DNA from: Armatimonadota bacterium
GTDB lineage: Bacteria; Armatimonadota; Fimbriimonadia; Fimbriimonadales; GBS-DC
Reading direction: 5' to 3'
Assembly: GCA_037444405.1 (NCBI GenBank)
Contig: JBBIML010000016.1
Location: forward strand, 15,875 to 79,874
DNA: 64,000 bases
Shown in pieces: positions 10,750 to 19,569 of the stretch; the stretch's first letter is position 1; each line of letters starts with the position of its first letter. The notes beneath the pieces are model-generated. The model saw only the letters and a program-made list of their open reading frames with translations. It was not told the origin of the DNA and did not search any database. The translations under genes and the position numbers were made by a program.

Positions 10750-10900
10750 GCCAATTGGATTACCCCGCGTATGGTCTATCGTCGGCACAGCCTCTATCCC
10801 TCGTGCGCCAGGAAAGTCGACCCGTGTCGCGCGCAAAGTGCTGCCCACAAACTCCTGCTCGCACCCCGGCATCTGCCCATCATACAGATACTCCACTCGC
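10750..10900 (-). pseudogene. Rhs core fragment
   Basis: VEYLYDGQMPGCEQEF...GARGIEAVPTIDHTRGN, whose end overlaps the start of the 8841-9572 Rhs ORF in sequence. Confidence 0.65.
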
Positions 10901-10969
10901 GAAGATTTTCCTGCTTCCTTCCCAGCAGGATGTGGTAGATGGAGCGGGAATGATAGCCACCAGGAACTG

Positions 10970-13015
10970 ATGGGGGCACGCAATCGAGCCATTCGCGGGG
11001 CTGGCGTGGGCTGGATGTGGGCGGTATGGGCGGTGGTGCCGCTGCTTGTGCTGCTAATTTATGTGCCGACGGTGGGCTTCGGCTTCGTGTGGGACGACGA
11101 GCAGGTGCTGTTCGGCAGGGCGGACTATCACGACCCGCGCCGCTGGCTGGAGGCGGTGCGCCAGCCGCTCGATTTCTCGCCGAACTATTTTCGCCCGCTC
11201 GCGCTCAGCACCTTGCTGGTGCAAATCTGGCTCTGGAAGGCGAACCCTGCGCCGTTCCATGTGGCGAATGGGCTGCTGCATGCGCTGAACACCGCGCTGG
11301 TGATGGTGCTGGCATGGCGGCTGTGGCGGCACGGCTGGGTCACCGCGCTCGCAGGGCTGCTCTACGGGCTGCATCCCGCCCTGACGGAAAGCGTCGCCTT
11401 CATCGCCTCGCGCTACGACCTGACGGTCACTACCTTTCTCCTGCTCGCGTTGATTATCAGCACCAGTGCGAGCCGCTGGCGATGGTTGGGCGTGGGACTG
11501 TGCTTTTTGCTGGCGGCGCTGTGCAAGGAGATGGCAGTCGTGCTGCCCCTGTTGCTGCCCGCGTGGCACCTCGCGCACAGCTATCAGACCCAGCCTGATC
11601 TCCACTGGCGCGAGCAGGTTCGACAGATTTTTCAGGCGGAAGGACGCACCTATCTGGCGATTCTGATAGCGGGCGTGGTCTATCTAAGCGTGCGCTACGC
11701 CGCGCTGGGCTATCTGTATCAGCCGCCCGTGTCGGAAGCGCGAATGGAGGTCGGCACTCCGCTTCAACATCTGCTGCTGATCGGGCGCACCTTCGCGACG
11801 CTGATCGGGCTGGTGGGGTTCCCATTTTTCAGCATCAGCCCTGCCCATCATTCGGCGTTGCCCGTGCCGCTGAATGACGGGCTGGCATGGCTGCAACTGG
11901 GCTTCACAGCTGCCTGTTTAGTCGGGGCGATGTGGCTGATTCGGCGGGCGCCAGCGGTCGGCTGGTTGCTGATGGCAGGTATCATCAGCCTTCTGCCCGT
12001 GCTGAACCTACGCCCGCTGGAGATGGCGAAGGGCATCTACACGGCGGAGCGGTTCTTGACCTTTCCGCTAACACTGTTTGTGCTGACAGCGTTCCAGGCG
12101 GCTCTGTCGGTCGCGTGGGAGCGCCAATCCGCGCCGAATCGCCGGGCGACAGCCTGGCTCCAGAAGGGATTGAGCGGGCAGCGGCTGCTAATGCTGGGCG
12201 CATCGGTATGGCTCGGCGCATCGCTGATAACCGTCGCTCTGAACATGCCGAACTGGAAGGAGAACCTGACGCTGTGGGAGTGGATGACCCGCGCGTCGCC
12301 GCGCTCACCGATTGGCTTTTCCAACCTCGCCGATATGTATAATAAGCTGGGGCGGCATGAGGAGGCGCTCAAAGCGGCGGAGCGAGCAATCCAGCTCGCG
12401 CCCGATTCGGGCATGGGATGGGTCAACAAGGGCGTCGCACTGCTCAAGCTGGGACATACCCGCGAAGCCGAGCAACACTTTCGCAGGGCAACCGAGATCG
12501 AGCCAGCGAATGTGATTGGCTGGAACAATCTGGCGATTATGCTGGGCGAGCGGGGCGAGTTCGCAGAGGCGGAGCGCATCGTGCGCCAGCATGTAATCGG
12601 TCGCCCTCCGCTGTTTATGGGCTATCAGGCGCTGGGCATCCTCTATCTCAAGCAGGGTCGCCCCGATAAAGCGGAGCCAGTGCTGAAGCAGGCATCCCAG
12701 GCGTTGCCGCTGCCAGGCAGCCTGCCCGAACAGCTGCTGAAAGATTTGAGCCGTCCGGGCGTGTGGCTGGCAGGTGCGCTGGTCAACATCGAGCGGGGCG
12801 AACTGGATGTTGCCGAGCAGCTCTATCGGCGTGCCGAGCAGCTGGGGGGCGACCGTGTGGCGCTCGCCTATGTGCGCGGCAGACTGCTGATTGCAAAGGG
12901 GCGCTCGCAGGAAGCCGAGCGGCTCGCCCGCGAGTTGATCGAGTACGGCTGGCAGGACCCCCGCCTGAACGAAATCCTGCGCCTTGCCCGCCAGCAACCC
13001 GCCTCCACACGCTGA
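10970..13015 (+). CDS. GT-C fold membrane glycosyltransferase with C-terminal TPRs (TMTC-like)
   Basis: FVWDD, YFRPL, FHVANGLLH, HPALTESVAFIASR, CKE and ERF motifs, many TM helices, then TPRs. Start uncertain (10970 or 11015). Confidence 0.8.
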   Translation: MGARNRAIRGAGVGWMWAVWAVVPLLVLLIYVPTVGFGFVWDDEQVLFGRADYHDPRRWLEAVRQPLDFSPNYFRPLALSTLLVQIWLWKANPAPFHVANGLLHALNTALVMVLAWRLWRHGWVTALAGLLYGLHPALTESVAFIASRYDLTVTTFLLLALIISTSASRWRWLGVGLCFLLAALCKEMAVVLPLLLPAWHLAHSYQTQPDLHWREQVRQIFQAEGRTYLAILIAGVVYLSVRYAALGYLYQPPVSEARMEVGTPLQHLLLIGRTFATLIGLVGFPFFSISPAHHSALPVPLNDGLAWLQLGFTAACLVGAMWLIRRAPAVGWLLMAGIISLLPVLNLRPLEMAKGIYTAERFLTFPLTLFVLTAFQAALSVAWERQSAPNRRATAWLQKGLSGQRLLMLGASVWLGASLITVALNMPNWKENLTLWEWMTRASPRSPIGFSNLADMYNKLGRHEEALKAAERAIQLAPDSGMGWVNKGVALLKLGHTREAEQHFRRATEIEPANVIGWNNLAIMLGERGEFAEAERIVRQHVIGRPPLFMGYQALGILYLKQGRPDKAEPVLKQASQALPLPGSLPEQLLKDLSRPGVWLAGALVNIERGELDVAEQLYRRAEQLGGDRVALAYVRGRLLIAKGRSQEAERLARELIEYGWQDPRLNEILRLARQQPASTR

Positions 13016-13066
13016 CCCGTTATGCCTGGGCGGCGACGCCCGGTCCACGCAGGGTATACTGCAAGT

Positions 13067-14101
13067 ATGCCAGAAGAATACACCTATCGGGATGCGGGCG
13101 TCGATATCGACGCCATGAACCGCGCCCTCACCCAGATCAAGGAGAGCGTCCATCGCACCTTCACGCCTGCTGTGCTGACCGAGCTGGGCGCGTTCGCGGG
13201 CTGTATGCAACTGCAAACCGAAGGTTTTGAGCAGCCCGTGCTGGTCGCCAGCATCGATGGCGTGGGCACAAAGGTGCGCGTCGCCCGCATGATGAACAGC
13301 TATCGCGTTCTGGGGCACGATGTGGTGGTGCATGGGGTCAACGACCTGCTGGTGCATGCGGCACGCCCCCTGCTGTTTCTGGACTATCTGGCGATGGCGA
13401 AGCTGGAGCCAGAGGTGCTGACGCAGGTGGTGGAGGGCGCGGCGGAAGCGTGTCAGGCGCACGGCATCGCGCTGATTGGCGGCGAGACCGCCGAAATGCC
13501 CGATGTGTATATGCCTGGCGAAATCGATGTGGCAGGCTGTATTATCGGCATCGCGGAACGCGCACGCATCCCGACGCCCGCACTGGTGAATGTGGGCGAC
13601 GCCGTCATCGGCATCGCCTCCAACGGCTTGCACACCAACGGCTATTCGCTCGCCCGCAAAGTGCTGTTCGAGGCGGCGAACCTGCGCCTGGATGAATATC
13701 TGCCTGAAGTGGGTCTGATGCTGGGTGAGGCGCTGCTATTGCCGCACCGCAGCTACTTCCACGCCGTCTATCCCCTGCTGGAGACAGGCGCGATTCACGG
13801 CATGGCGCACATCACAGGCGGCGGACTGTACGAAAACATCCCGCGCGTGCTGCCCAGCGACCTGCGGATCGCCATCGACCGACGCAGCTGGGAGGTGCCG
13901 CCCCTCTTTCAGCTCATTCAGCAGCTCGGCAATGTGCCCGACGCCGAGATGTTCCGCGTGTTCAATATGGGCATCGGCTTTGTGCTGATTGTGGCGCGCG
14001 AGCGCATCGGCGAGATTCTGGACGCGCTCCAGCGAGCGGGCGAGACCGCATGGCTCATCGGCGAGGTGCAGCGCGGCCCGCGCGAGGTGCAGATTATCTG
14101 A
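13067..14101 (+). CDS. purM: Phosphoribosylformylglycinamidine cyclo-ligase
   Basis: YRDAGVDI, DGVGTK, GGETAEMP, SNGLHTNGYSL, HITGGG and FNMGIG. Confidence 0.97.
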   Translation: MPEEYTYRDAGVDIDAMNRALTQIKESVHRTFTPAVLTELGAFAGCMQLQTEGFEQPVLVASIDGVGTKVRVARMMNSYRVLGHDVVVHGVNDLLVHAARPLLFLDYLAMAKLEPEVLTQVVEGAAEACQAHGIALIGGETAEMPDVYMPGEIDVAGCIIGIAERARIPTPALVNVGDAVIGIASNGLHTNGYSLARKVLFEAANLRLDEYLPEVGLMLGEALLLPHRSYFHAVYPLLETGAIHGMAHITGGGLYENIPRVLPSDLRIAIDRRSWEVPPLFQLIQQLGNVPDAEMFRVFNMGIGFVLIVARERIGEILDALQRAGETAWLIGEVQRGPREVQII

Positions 14102-14240
14102 CGCAGGGGGGAAAGGGCATAAAGTTTCCGACGCCCACTGCCAAAATAGGCTTATGACAGCAGGCGAGCCAGGACACACCCCACGCTCGCCAGCCAGATA
14201 AGGGCGCGGTCACCGCGCCCCTTGGAGGGGGGTTCACGCT

Positions 14241-15419
14241 ATGGAAGGCTTCGACTGGAGAAAACTGGTGGGGCTCGAATCGGACGAATCGGGCGAACAG
14301 CCTGCAGGCGCCACCGATGTGGAACTGCGCGTCGCAGGCGAAGAGAAACCTATCGACGATGTGATTCTGGACGATCTCTTGCGCGAGTGCGTGGAGCGCG
14401 GCGGTTCCGACCTGCACATCACCGTCGGACTACCGCCCACCATCCGCCTGAACGGGCAGCTAACTCCACTCCCCTATAAACCGCTCACTGCCAGCGACAC
14501 GCGCCGACTGGTCTACGATGTGCTGAACGACCAGCAACTGGAGCAGTTCGAACGCCATCACGAACTCGACTTCGCCTATTCGGTGCATGGCGTCGCCCGA
14601 TTCCGCTTTAATGTCTACATGCAGCGGGGCAGTGTCGGCGCCGCCATGCGCGTCATCCCATCCCGAATCCCCTCTATCGAATCGCTGCACCTGCCGACCG
14701 TCATCTACGACCTGGTCAAAAAGCACAGCGGGCTGATCCTGGTGACGGGACCCACCGGCTCCGGGAAGTCGACCACACTCGCCTGCATGATCGACCTTAT
14801 CAATCAGACGCGCTCGTGCCACATCATGACCATCGAAGACCCGATCGAATATTTGCACACGCACAAGCGGGCGATGGTCAATCAGCGCGAGGTGCACAGC
14901 GATACCGAGAGCTTTCATAATGCGCTACGCGCGGTGCTGCGCGAAGACCCCGATGTGATCCTGATTGGCGAGATGCGCGACCTGGAGACAATTCAGGCGG
15001 CGCTCACCCTCGCCGAGACAGGGCACCTCGTGTTCGCAACCCTGCACACCCGAAACGCACCCCAGACCATCGACCGAATCATCGATGTGTTCCCGCCTCA
15101 TCAGCAGGAGCAGATTCGCGTGCTGCTGGCGAACACCATCGAGGCGGTCTTCGCGCAGCAGCTGATCCCGATGCTGGGTGGCGGGCGCATCGCCGCGATA
15201 GAGGTGATGATTGCCAACGCCGCCATCCGCAACCTTATCCGCGAGGGCAAAACGCACCAAATTTACTCCATCATGGAGACCAGCGCGAACCAGGGCATGA
15301 TCACGATGGATCGCGCCCTTGCCGACCTGCACCGCAACGGCTACATCAGCTTCGAGGAGGCAATCAACCGCGCGATGGACAAAGAGAACTTCACCCATCT
15401 GCTGAAAATGGCAGGCTAA
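14241..15419 (+). CDS. pilT: Type IV pilus retraction ATPase
   Basis: GPTGSGKSTT, TIEDPIE, LREDPDVILIGEMRD, TGHLVFATLH and AIRNLIRE. Confidence 0.93.
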   Translation: MEGFDWRKLVGLESDESGEQPAGATDVELRVAGEEKPIDDVILDDLLRECVERGGSDLHITVGLPPTIRLNGQLTPLPYKPLTASDTRRLVYDVLNDQQLEQFERHHELDFAYSVHGVARFRFNVYMQRGSVGAAMRVIPSRIPSIESLHLPTVIYDLVKKHSGLILVTGPTGSGKSTTLACMIDLINQTRSCHIMTIEDPIEYLHTHKRAMVNQREVHSDTESFHNALRAVLREDPDVILIGEMRDLETIQAALTLAETGHLVFATLHTRNAPQTIDRIIDVFPPHQQEQIRVLLANTIEAVFAQQLIPMLGGGRIAAIEVMIANAAIRNLIREGKTHQIYSIMETSANQGMITMDRALADLHRNGYISFEEAINRAMDKENFTHLLKMAG

Positions 15420-15431
15420 GGAGGCGAAGCG

Positions 15432-16643
15432 ATGCCACTCTATTCGTACGAAGCCATCGACTCCAGCGGGCGCACCCTGCGCGGTACCTTAGAGGTCGAC
15501 AGCGAGCAGCTGCTGATCAGTCGCCTGCACGAGCAGGGGCTGCATGTGGTGCGCGTCACGCCGCAAAAAGCGCGCGTGGCAGCTTTCAGCGCCATGCGCA
15601 AGCCCAAAAAGCCCAAACTGCAGGCGATGGTCGTCTTCTCCCGACAGTTCGCCACCATGATCGACGCGGGCATCCCCATCCTGCGCTGCCTCGACATCCT
15701 GCACAGCCAGACCCGAGATGCCGCGCTCAAACACGCACTCGACACCGTGCGGAAAGATGTCAAGGCGGGCATGGCGCTCAACGAGGCACTCGAAAAACAC
15801 CCTGGCGTCTTCTCCACGCTCTATGTGAACATGGTGCACGCTGCCGAGGTCGCCGGTATCCTGGATCAGATTCTCGACCGACTGGCGACCTTCCTGGAGA
15901 AGGACCTGGAGGTGCGCCAGAAGGTCAAATCCGCGATGATGTACCCCGTGATGGTGCTGATCTTCTCCTTTCTGGTGCTGATTGCGATTTTTATGTTCGT
16001 GCTGCCGAAGTTCAAGGAGATATTCGACAGCATGAAGGTGGAGATGCCCGCCACCACGCAGTTTCTGTTTGCGGCGAGCGATTTCCTCGTGAGCTACTGG
16101 TGGGCGCTGGCAGGCGCTATCATTGGTGGTCTGCTGGTGTTGCGTCGCTACATCCGCACGCCCAAAGGACGCTATCAGTACGACTACTTCAAGCTGAAGA
16201 TGCCGATTTTGGGCGATCTGGTGCTGAAGTTGGCGGTGGCGCGTTTCGCCCGCACCTTCGGCACGCTGGTCGCCAGTGGCGTGCCGCTGATGCGCACGCT
16301 GGAGATTGTCGGCGAGACCTCCGGCAACGCGGTGCTGGCTGCCGCCATCGAGGGCACGCGCTCCAGCATCCGCGAGGGTCAGCCGCTCAGCACGCCATTC
16401 GCCGCCACCGGGCTGTTCCCGCCGATGGTCATCCACATGATGGACATCGGCGAGGAATCGGGTCGCCTCTCCGAGATGATGGTGCGCATCGCCGACTTCT
16501 ATGAGCAGGAGGTGGACGCCGCCATCAAGGGGCTGACCTCGATGATCGAACCGATGCTGATTGTGTTTCTGGGCGGCATCGTCGGCTTCATCGCCATCTC
16601 CATCATGATGCCGATGTTCAAACTGGTCAGCGCGATTCAATAA
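15432..16643 (+). CDS. pilC: Type IV pilus/T2SS platform protein (GspF family)
   Basis: FSRQFATMIDAGIP, KVKSAMMYP, GEESGRL and IEPMLI. Confidence 0.92.
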   Translation: MPLYSYEAIDSSGRTLRGTLEVDSEQLLISRLHEQGLHVVRVTPQKARVAAFSAMRKPKKPKLQAMVVFSRQFATMIDAGIPILRCLDILHSQTRDAALKHALDTVRKDVKAGMALNEALEKHPGVFSTLYVNMVHAAEVAGILDQILDRLATFLEKDLEVRQKVKSAMMYPVMVLIFSFLVLIAIFMFVLPKFKEIFDSMKVEMPATTQFLFAASDFLVSYWWALAGAIIGGLLVLRRYIRTPKGRYQYDYFKLKMPILGDLVLKLAVARFARTFGTLVASGVPLMRTLEIVGETSGNAVLAAAIEGTRSSIREGQPLSTPFAATGLFPPMVIHMMDIGEESGRLSEMMVRIADFYEQEVDAAIKGLTSMIEPMLIVFLGGIVGFIAISIMMPMFKLVSAIQ

Positions 16644-16646
16644 TCA

Positions 16647-16724
16647 ACCCTCTCCCCCACAGGGGGCGAGGGCGGCTGGAACCCCCTCTCCCGCAGTGTG
16701 GGAGAGGGAGCGCGGGGGTGAGGG
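16647..16724. repeat. REP-like palindrome pair, family B
   Basis: ccctctccccc-aca-gggggcgaggg and ccctctccc-gcagtgt-gggagaggg...gggggtgaggg. Confidence 0.7.
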
Positions 16725-16772
16725 CAACCTCATCCGAAACCACGGAGGCTTGTTGGCTCAGGAGGAGCGAAC

Positions 16773-18062
16773 ATGAAGAAGTACGACACAGAAGAGCTGG
16801 TGCAGGAATATTGCCGCACGCGCGACCTAAATGTGCGCGACATGATCACCATCCAGCTATCAGGTCTGGTCGAGAGCATCGCCCGCAAATTTATCGGCTC
16901 TGGCGAACCCATCGAAGACCTGATCCAGGAGGGCTATCTCGGCTTGCTCAACGCGCTCGATTTGTACGATCCGGGCAAGGGCGTGAAGTTCACCACCTAC
17001 GCGACGCACCTCATCATCGGACAGATCAAACACTACCTGCGCGACAAGGGCAAAATCATCAAGGAACCCGCCTGGCTGCAGGAACTCAACTCCAAAATCA
17101 ACCGTGTGATTAATGAACTCACAGCTCAGCTGGGTCAGCCGCCTACCATCCAGCAGATTGCCGACTTTCTGGGCATGACGCCCAAAGCCGTCGAGGAGGT
17201 GCTGCTCACCCGTGAGGTGTTCAAGGTCAGCTCCCTCGATGCGATCGAAGATGATGAAGACGAGGACAGCTACGGCTATGACCTGGAGAAGCTGCCCGTC
17301 GAATCGATTCACGGGTTCAACCTGCCAATAGAGGAGCGCCTCGTGGTGGAGAGCGCGATGCAGCGCCTCAAGCAGATCGAACAGCAGGTTCTGCACCTGT
17401 TCTTCAATGAGGGCTACAACCAGACCGAGATCGCCCATCGGCTGGGCATCTCCTGCAACTATGTGTCGCACATTCTGCGCAACGCGACGCAGAAGCTGCG
17501 CCGTATCATCAGCGAAGAGGAGTGGATTGACCAGCAGCGGATGCGGGCGCGAGCGGAGGCGCGCGGCGAGTTCGAAGCGCGCATCCTGGACCCGCAAACG
17601 GGGATGTATTCCGCGGACTATCTGCAGGTGCGCCTGCGTGAGGAGCTGCAGCGCTCCGCCCGCTATCAGAACGCCGTCGGGTTCGCCATCTTCGAGTTCG
17701 TGTGCGATCGGCAGCTGCTCCACACGCTGGGCGAACTGGCGATTGGCGAGCTGCTGCTGCAGGCGTCGGCGATTGTGCGGCAGGTGGTGCGCAAAGCGGA
17801 CATCATCGGGCGCTACGGTCAGGCGATGCTGGGCGTGCTGTTGCCCTATGCCGGCGAACACACCCCTGCCGTCGCCGAGCGCGTGTACGAAGCCCTGCAG
17901 GAGTGGCTGCAGACCTGCTTCACCGCGAATCTCGCGGCACGGTTCACCGTGCGCTACGGCTGGGCTTACTACCCGGATGAAGGCAGCGATTGTGAGGCGA
18001 TTCTGACCCTCGCCGAGCAACGCCTGAGCATCGACCGCACCCAGCAATCCAACGCCGCATAG
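16773..18062 (+). CDS. Sigma-70 group 3 (SigB/SigF/FliA-like) factor fused to a C-terminal degenerate GGDEF domain
   Basis: EDLIQEGYLGLL...FTTYATHLIIGQIKHYLRD and region 4 QTEIAHRLGISCNYVS, followed by DPQTGMYS...EELQRSARY...RKADIIGRYGQAML. Confidence 0.85.
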   Translation: MKKYDTEELVQEYCRTRDLNVRDMITIQLSGLVESIARKFIGSGEPIEDLIQEGYLGLLNALDLYDPGKGVKFTTYATHLIIGQIKHYLRDKGKIIKEPAWLQELNSKINRVINELTAQLGQPPTIQQIADFLGMTPKAVEEVLLTREVFKVSSLDAIEDDEDEDSYGYDLEKLPVESIHGFNLPIEERLVVESAMQRLKQIEQQVLHLFFNEGYNQTEIAHRLGISCNYVSHILRNATQKLRRIISEEEWIDQQRMRARAEARGEFEARILDPQTGMYSADYLQVRLREELQRSARYQNAVGFAIFEFVCDRQLLHTLGELAIGELLLQASAIVRQVVRKADIIGRYGQAMLGVLLPYAGEHTPAVAERVYEALQEWLQTCFTANLAARFTVRYGWAYYPDEGSDCEAILTLAEQRLSIDRTQQSNAA

Positions 18063-18149
18063 GAGCGCATACCAGCAGGAAATACCCGCCAAATCCCGTA
18101 TCTTTACAGGGCGACCAGTCGTCCAAAAGCGTGTATCATGAACAGGATA

Positions 18150-18180
18150 TGGACTGCTGAAGCGCGGCTTCAGCAGTCTA
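18150..18180. repeat. REP-like palindrome, family A
   Basis: tggactgctgaagcgcggcttcagcagtcta. Confidence 0.65.
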
Positions 18181-18279
18181 AAAAAGCACCGGCATGGAGG
18201 CGAAGGGGTGGACTCGCGGGCACTGAGGGTGGTGGAAGGGCTGTTGCCCTTCTCTGGCAAAGGAGTGAACCACCGTGCG

Positions 18280-19569
18280 ATGCCGCGCCCAGCGCGCGAG
18301 CTGCTTATGCGCACAATCGCTCATCTCATCAAACCAGCACGGGTCTGGGTCAACCCCGATCACACGGTGGAGACCGCCCTGATCCTGCTGCGTGGACACG
18401 GACTGAGCGGGCTGCCAGTGATTGAAGGCGGCGAGATTCGCGGCATGCTCGAACTGCAGCAGCTGCTCGGCGCCCCGCCCGATCAGCCCGTGAAGACCCT
18501 CATGCAGACCGACATCCCCGTACTTTCACCAGCAACACCGCTCAAAACCGCCGCCGAATGGTTTAACCAGCACCGCCAGACCACCCTGCCCGTAGCGCAG
18601 GAAGGGCAACTGATAGGGCTGCTCACCGTGTACGACCTCCTGCCCGAAATCGGGCGCAGCCACGACCCGATGACCGGGCTGCCATGGTCCGACTTCCTGC
18701 GCGAATGGAGCATCGAACAGCTCGCACAGGGACGCGAAATCAGCATTATCTTCTTTGATCTGGATAACTTCGGCATGTTCAACAAGCGGTACGGGCATCT
18801 GGTGGGCGATGAGGTGTTGCGTCGGGTGGCGCAGGTGCTGCAGGCGGAGACCGACCCTGAAACGGAGGTGGTGTGCCGCTGGGGTGGCGACGAGTTCGCG
18901 ATAGCCACGCTGCGCCGTCGCGAGGAAGCAGGCTTGCTGGCGCACCATATCAGCCGTCAGATCACCGCCATCGAGTTGCCCGATGTGGACACGCCCATCA
19001 CCGCCTCCTACGGCTATCAGGGTGGCAAGCGCACCCGCGAGCGCGAGCAGGTCCACTACGCCGCCACCGTGGACAACCTCATCAATCTCGCCAGCCAGGA
19101 GTGCCTGATGATGAAGGCGTCGCAGGCGCAAGCGCAGGGCGCACAGCTCGCGCTACCGATTCAGGCGGTAGTGGAAACACGCCCACCCGAACGGCGCGTG
19201 CGCATCCAGAGCGTCAGCTACGAACGCGAGGGGCGCCGCGCCCAGGCACGGGTCTACCTGCAAATCGATGGCATGCCGCTCAGCGGCTCCGCCGAAGGCG
19301 AGCCGAACCCGCTCCGACTCGTCGCCGAAGCCACCCTCAACGCCCTGCGAACCCGACTGCCCGCCGCCGTTTCGATCACCCTGCTCTCCATCACGCAGGC
19401 AACCGTTGACGAAGGGCGCACCATCATTAACGCCGTGCTGCTCTGGGAGTCGGACGAAACGCGCCAGGAGCTGGTGGGCAGCACGCTGGTGCGCGACGAT
19501 GTGCCGCGCAGCGCCGCCGCCGCTGTTCTCGACGCGCTCAATCGCCCGCTCGCCCAGCTGCTGGCATAG
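18280..19569 (+). CDS. CBS-pair / GGDEF diguanylate cyclase with extra C-terminal alpha/beta domain
   Basis: CBS repeats (GLPVIE...LPVAQEGQLIGLLT), DPMTGL, DLDNFGMFNKRYGHLVGD and RWGGDEF. C-terminus resembles the LeuA regulatory-type domain (AAAAVLDALNR). Start 18280 or 18307. Confidence 0.82.
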   Translation: MPRPARELLMRTIAHLIKPARVWVNPDHTVETALILLRGHGLSGLPVIEGGEIRGMLELQQLLGAPPDQPVKTLMQTDIPVLSPATPLKTAAEWFNQHRQTTLPVAQEGQLIGLLTVYDLLPEIGRSHDPMTGLPWSDFLREWSIEQLAQGREISIIFFDLDNFGMFNKRYGHLVGDEVLRRVAQVLQAETDPETEVVCRWGGDEFAIATLRRREEAGLLAHHISRQITAIELPDVDTPITASYGYQGGKRTREREQVHYAATVDNLINLASQECLMMKASQAQAQGAQLALPIQAVVETRPPERRVRIQSVSYEREGRRAQARVYLQIDGMPLSGSAEGEPNPLRLVAEATLNALRTRLPAAVSITLLSITQATVDEGRTIINAVLLWESDETRQELVGSTLVRDDVPRSAAAAVLDALNRPLAQLLA

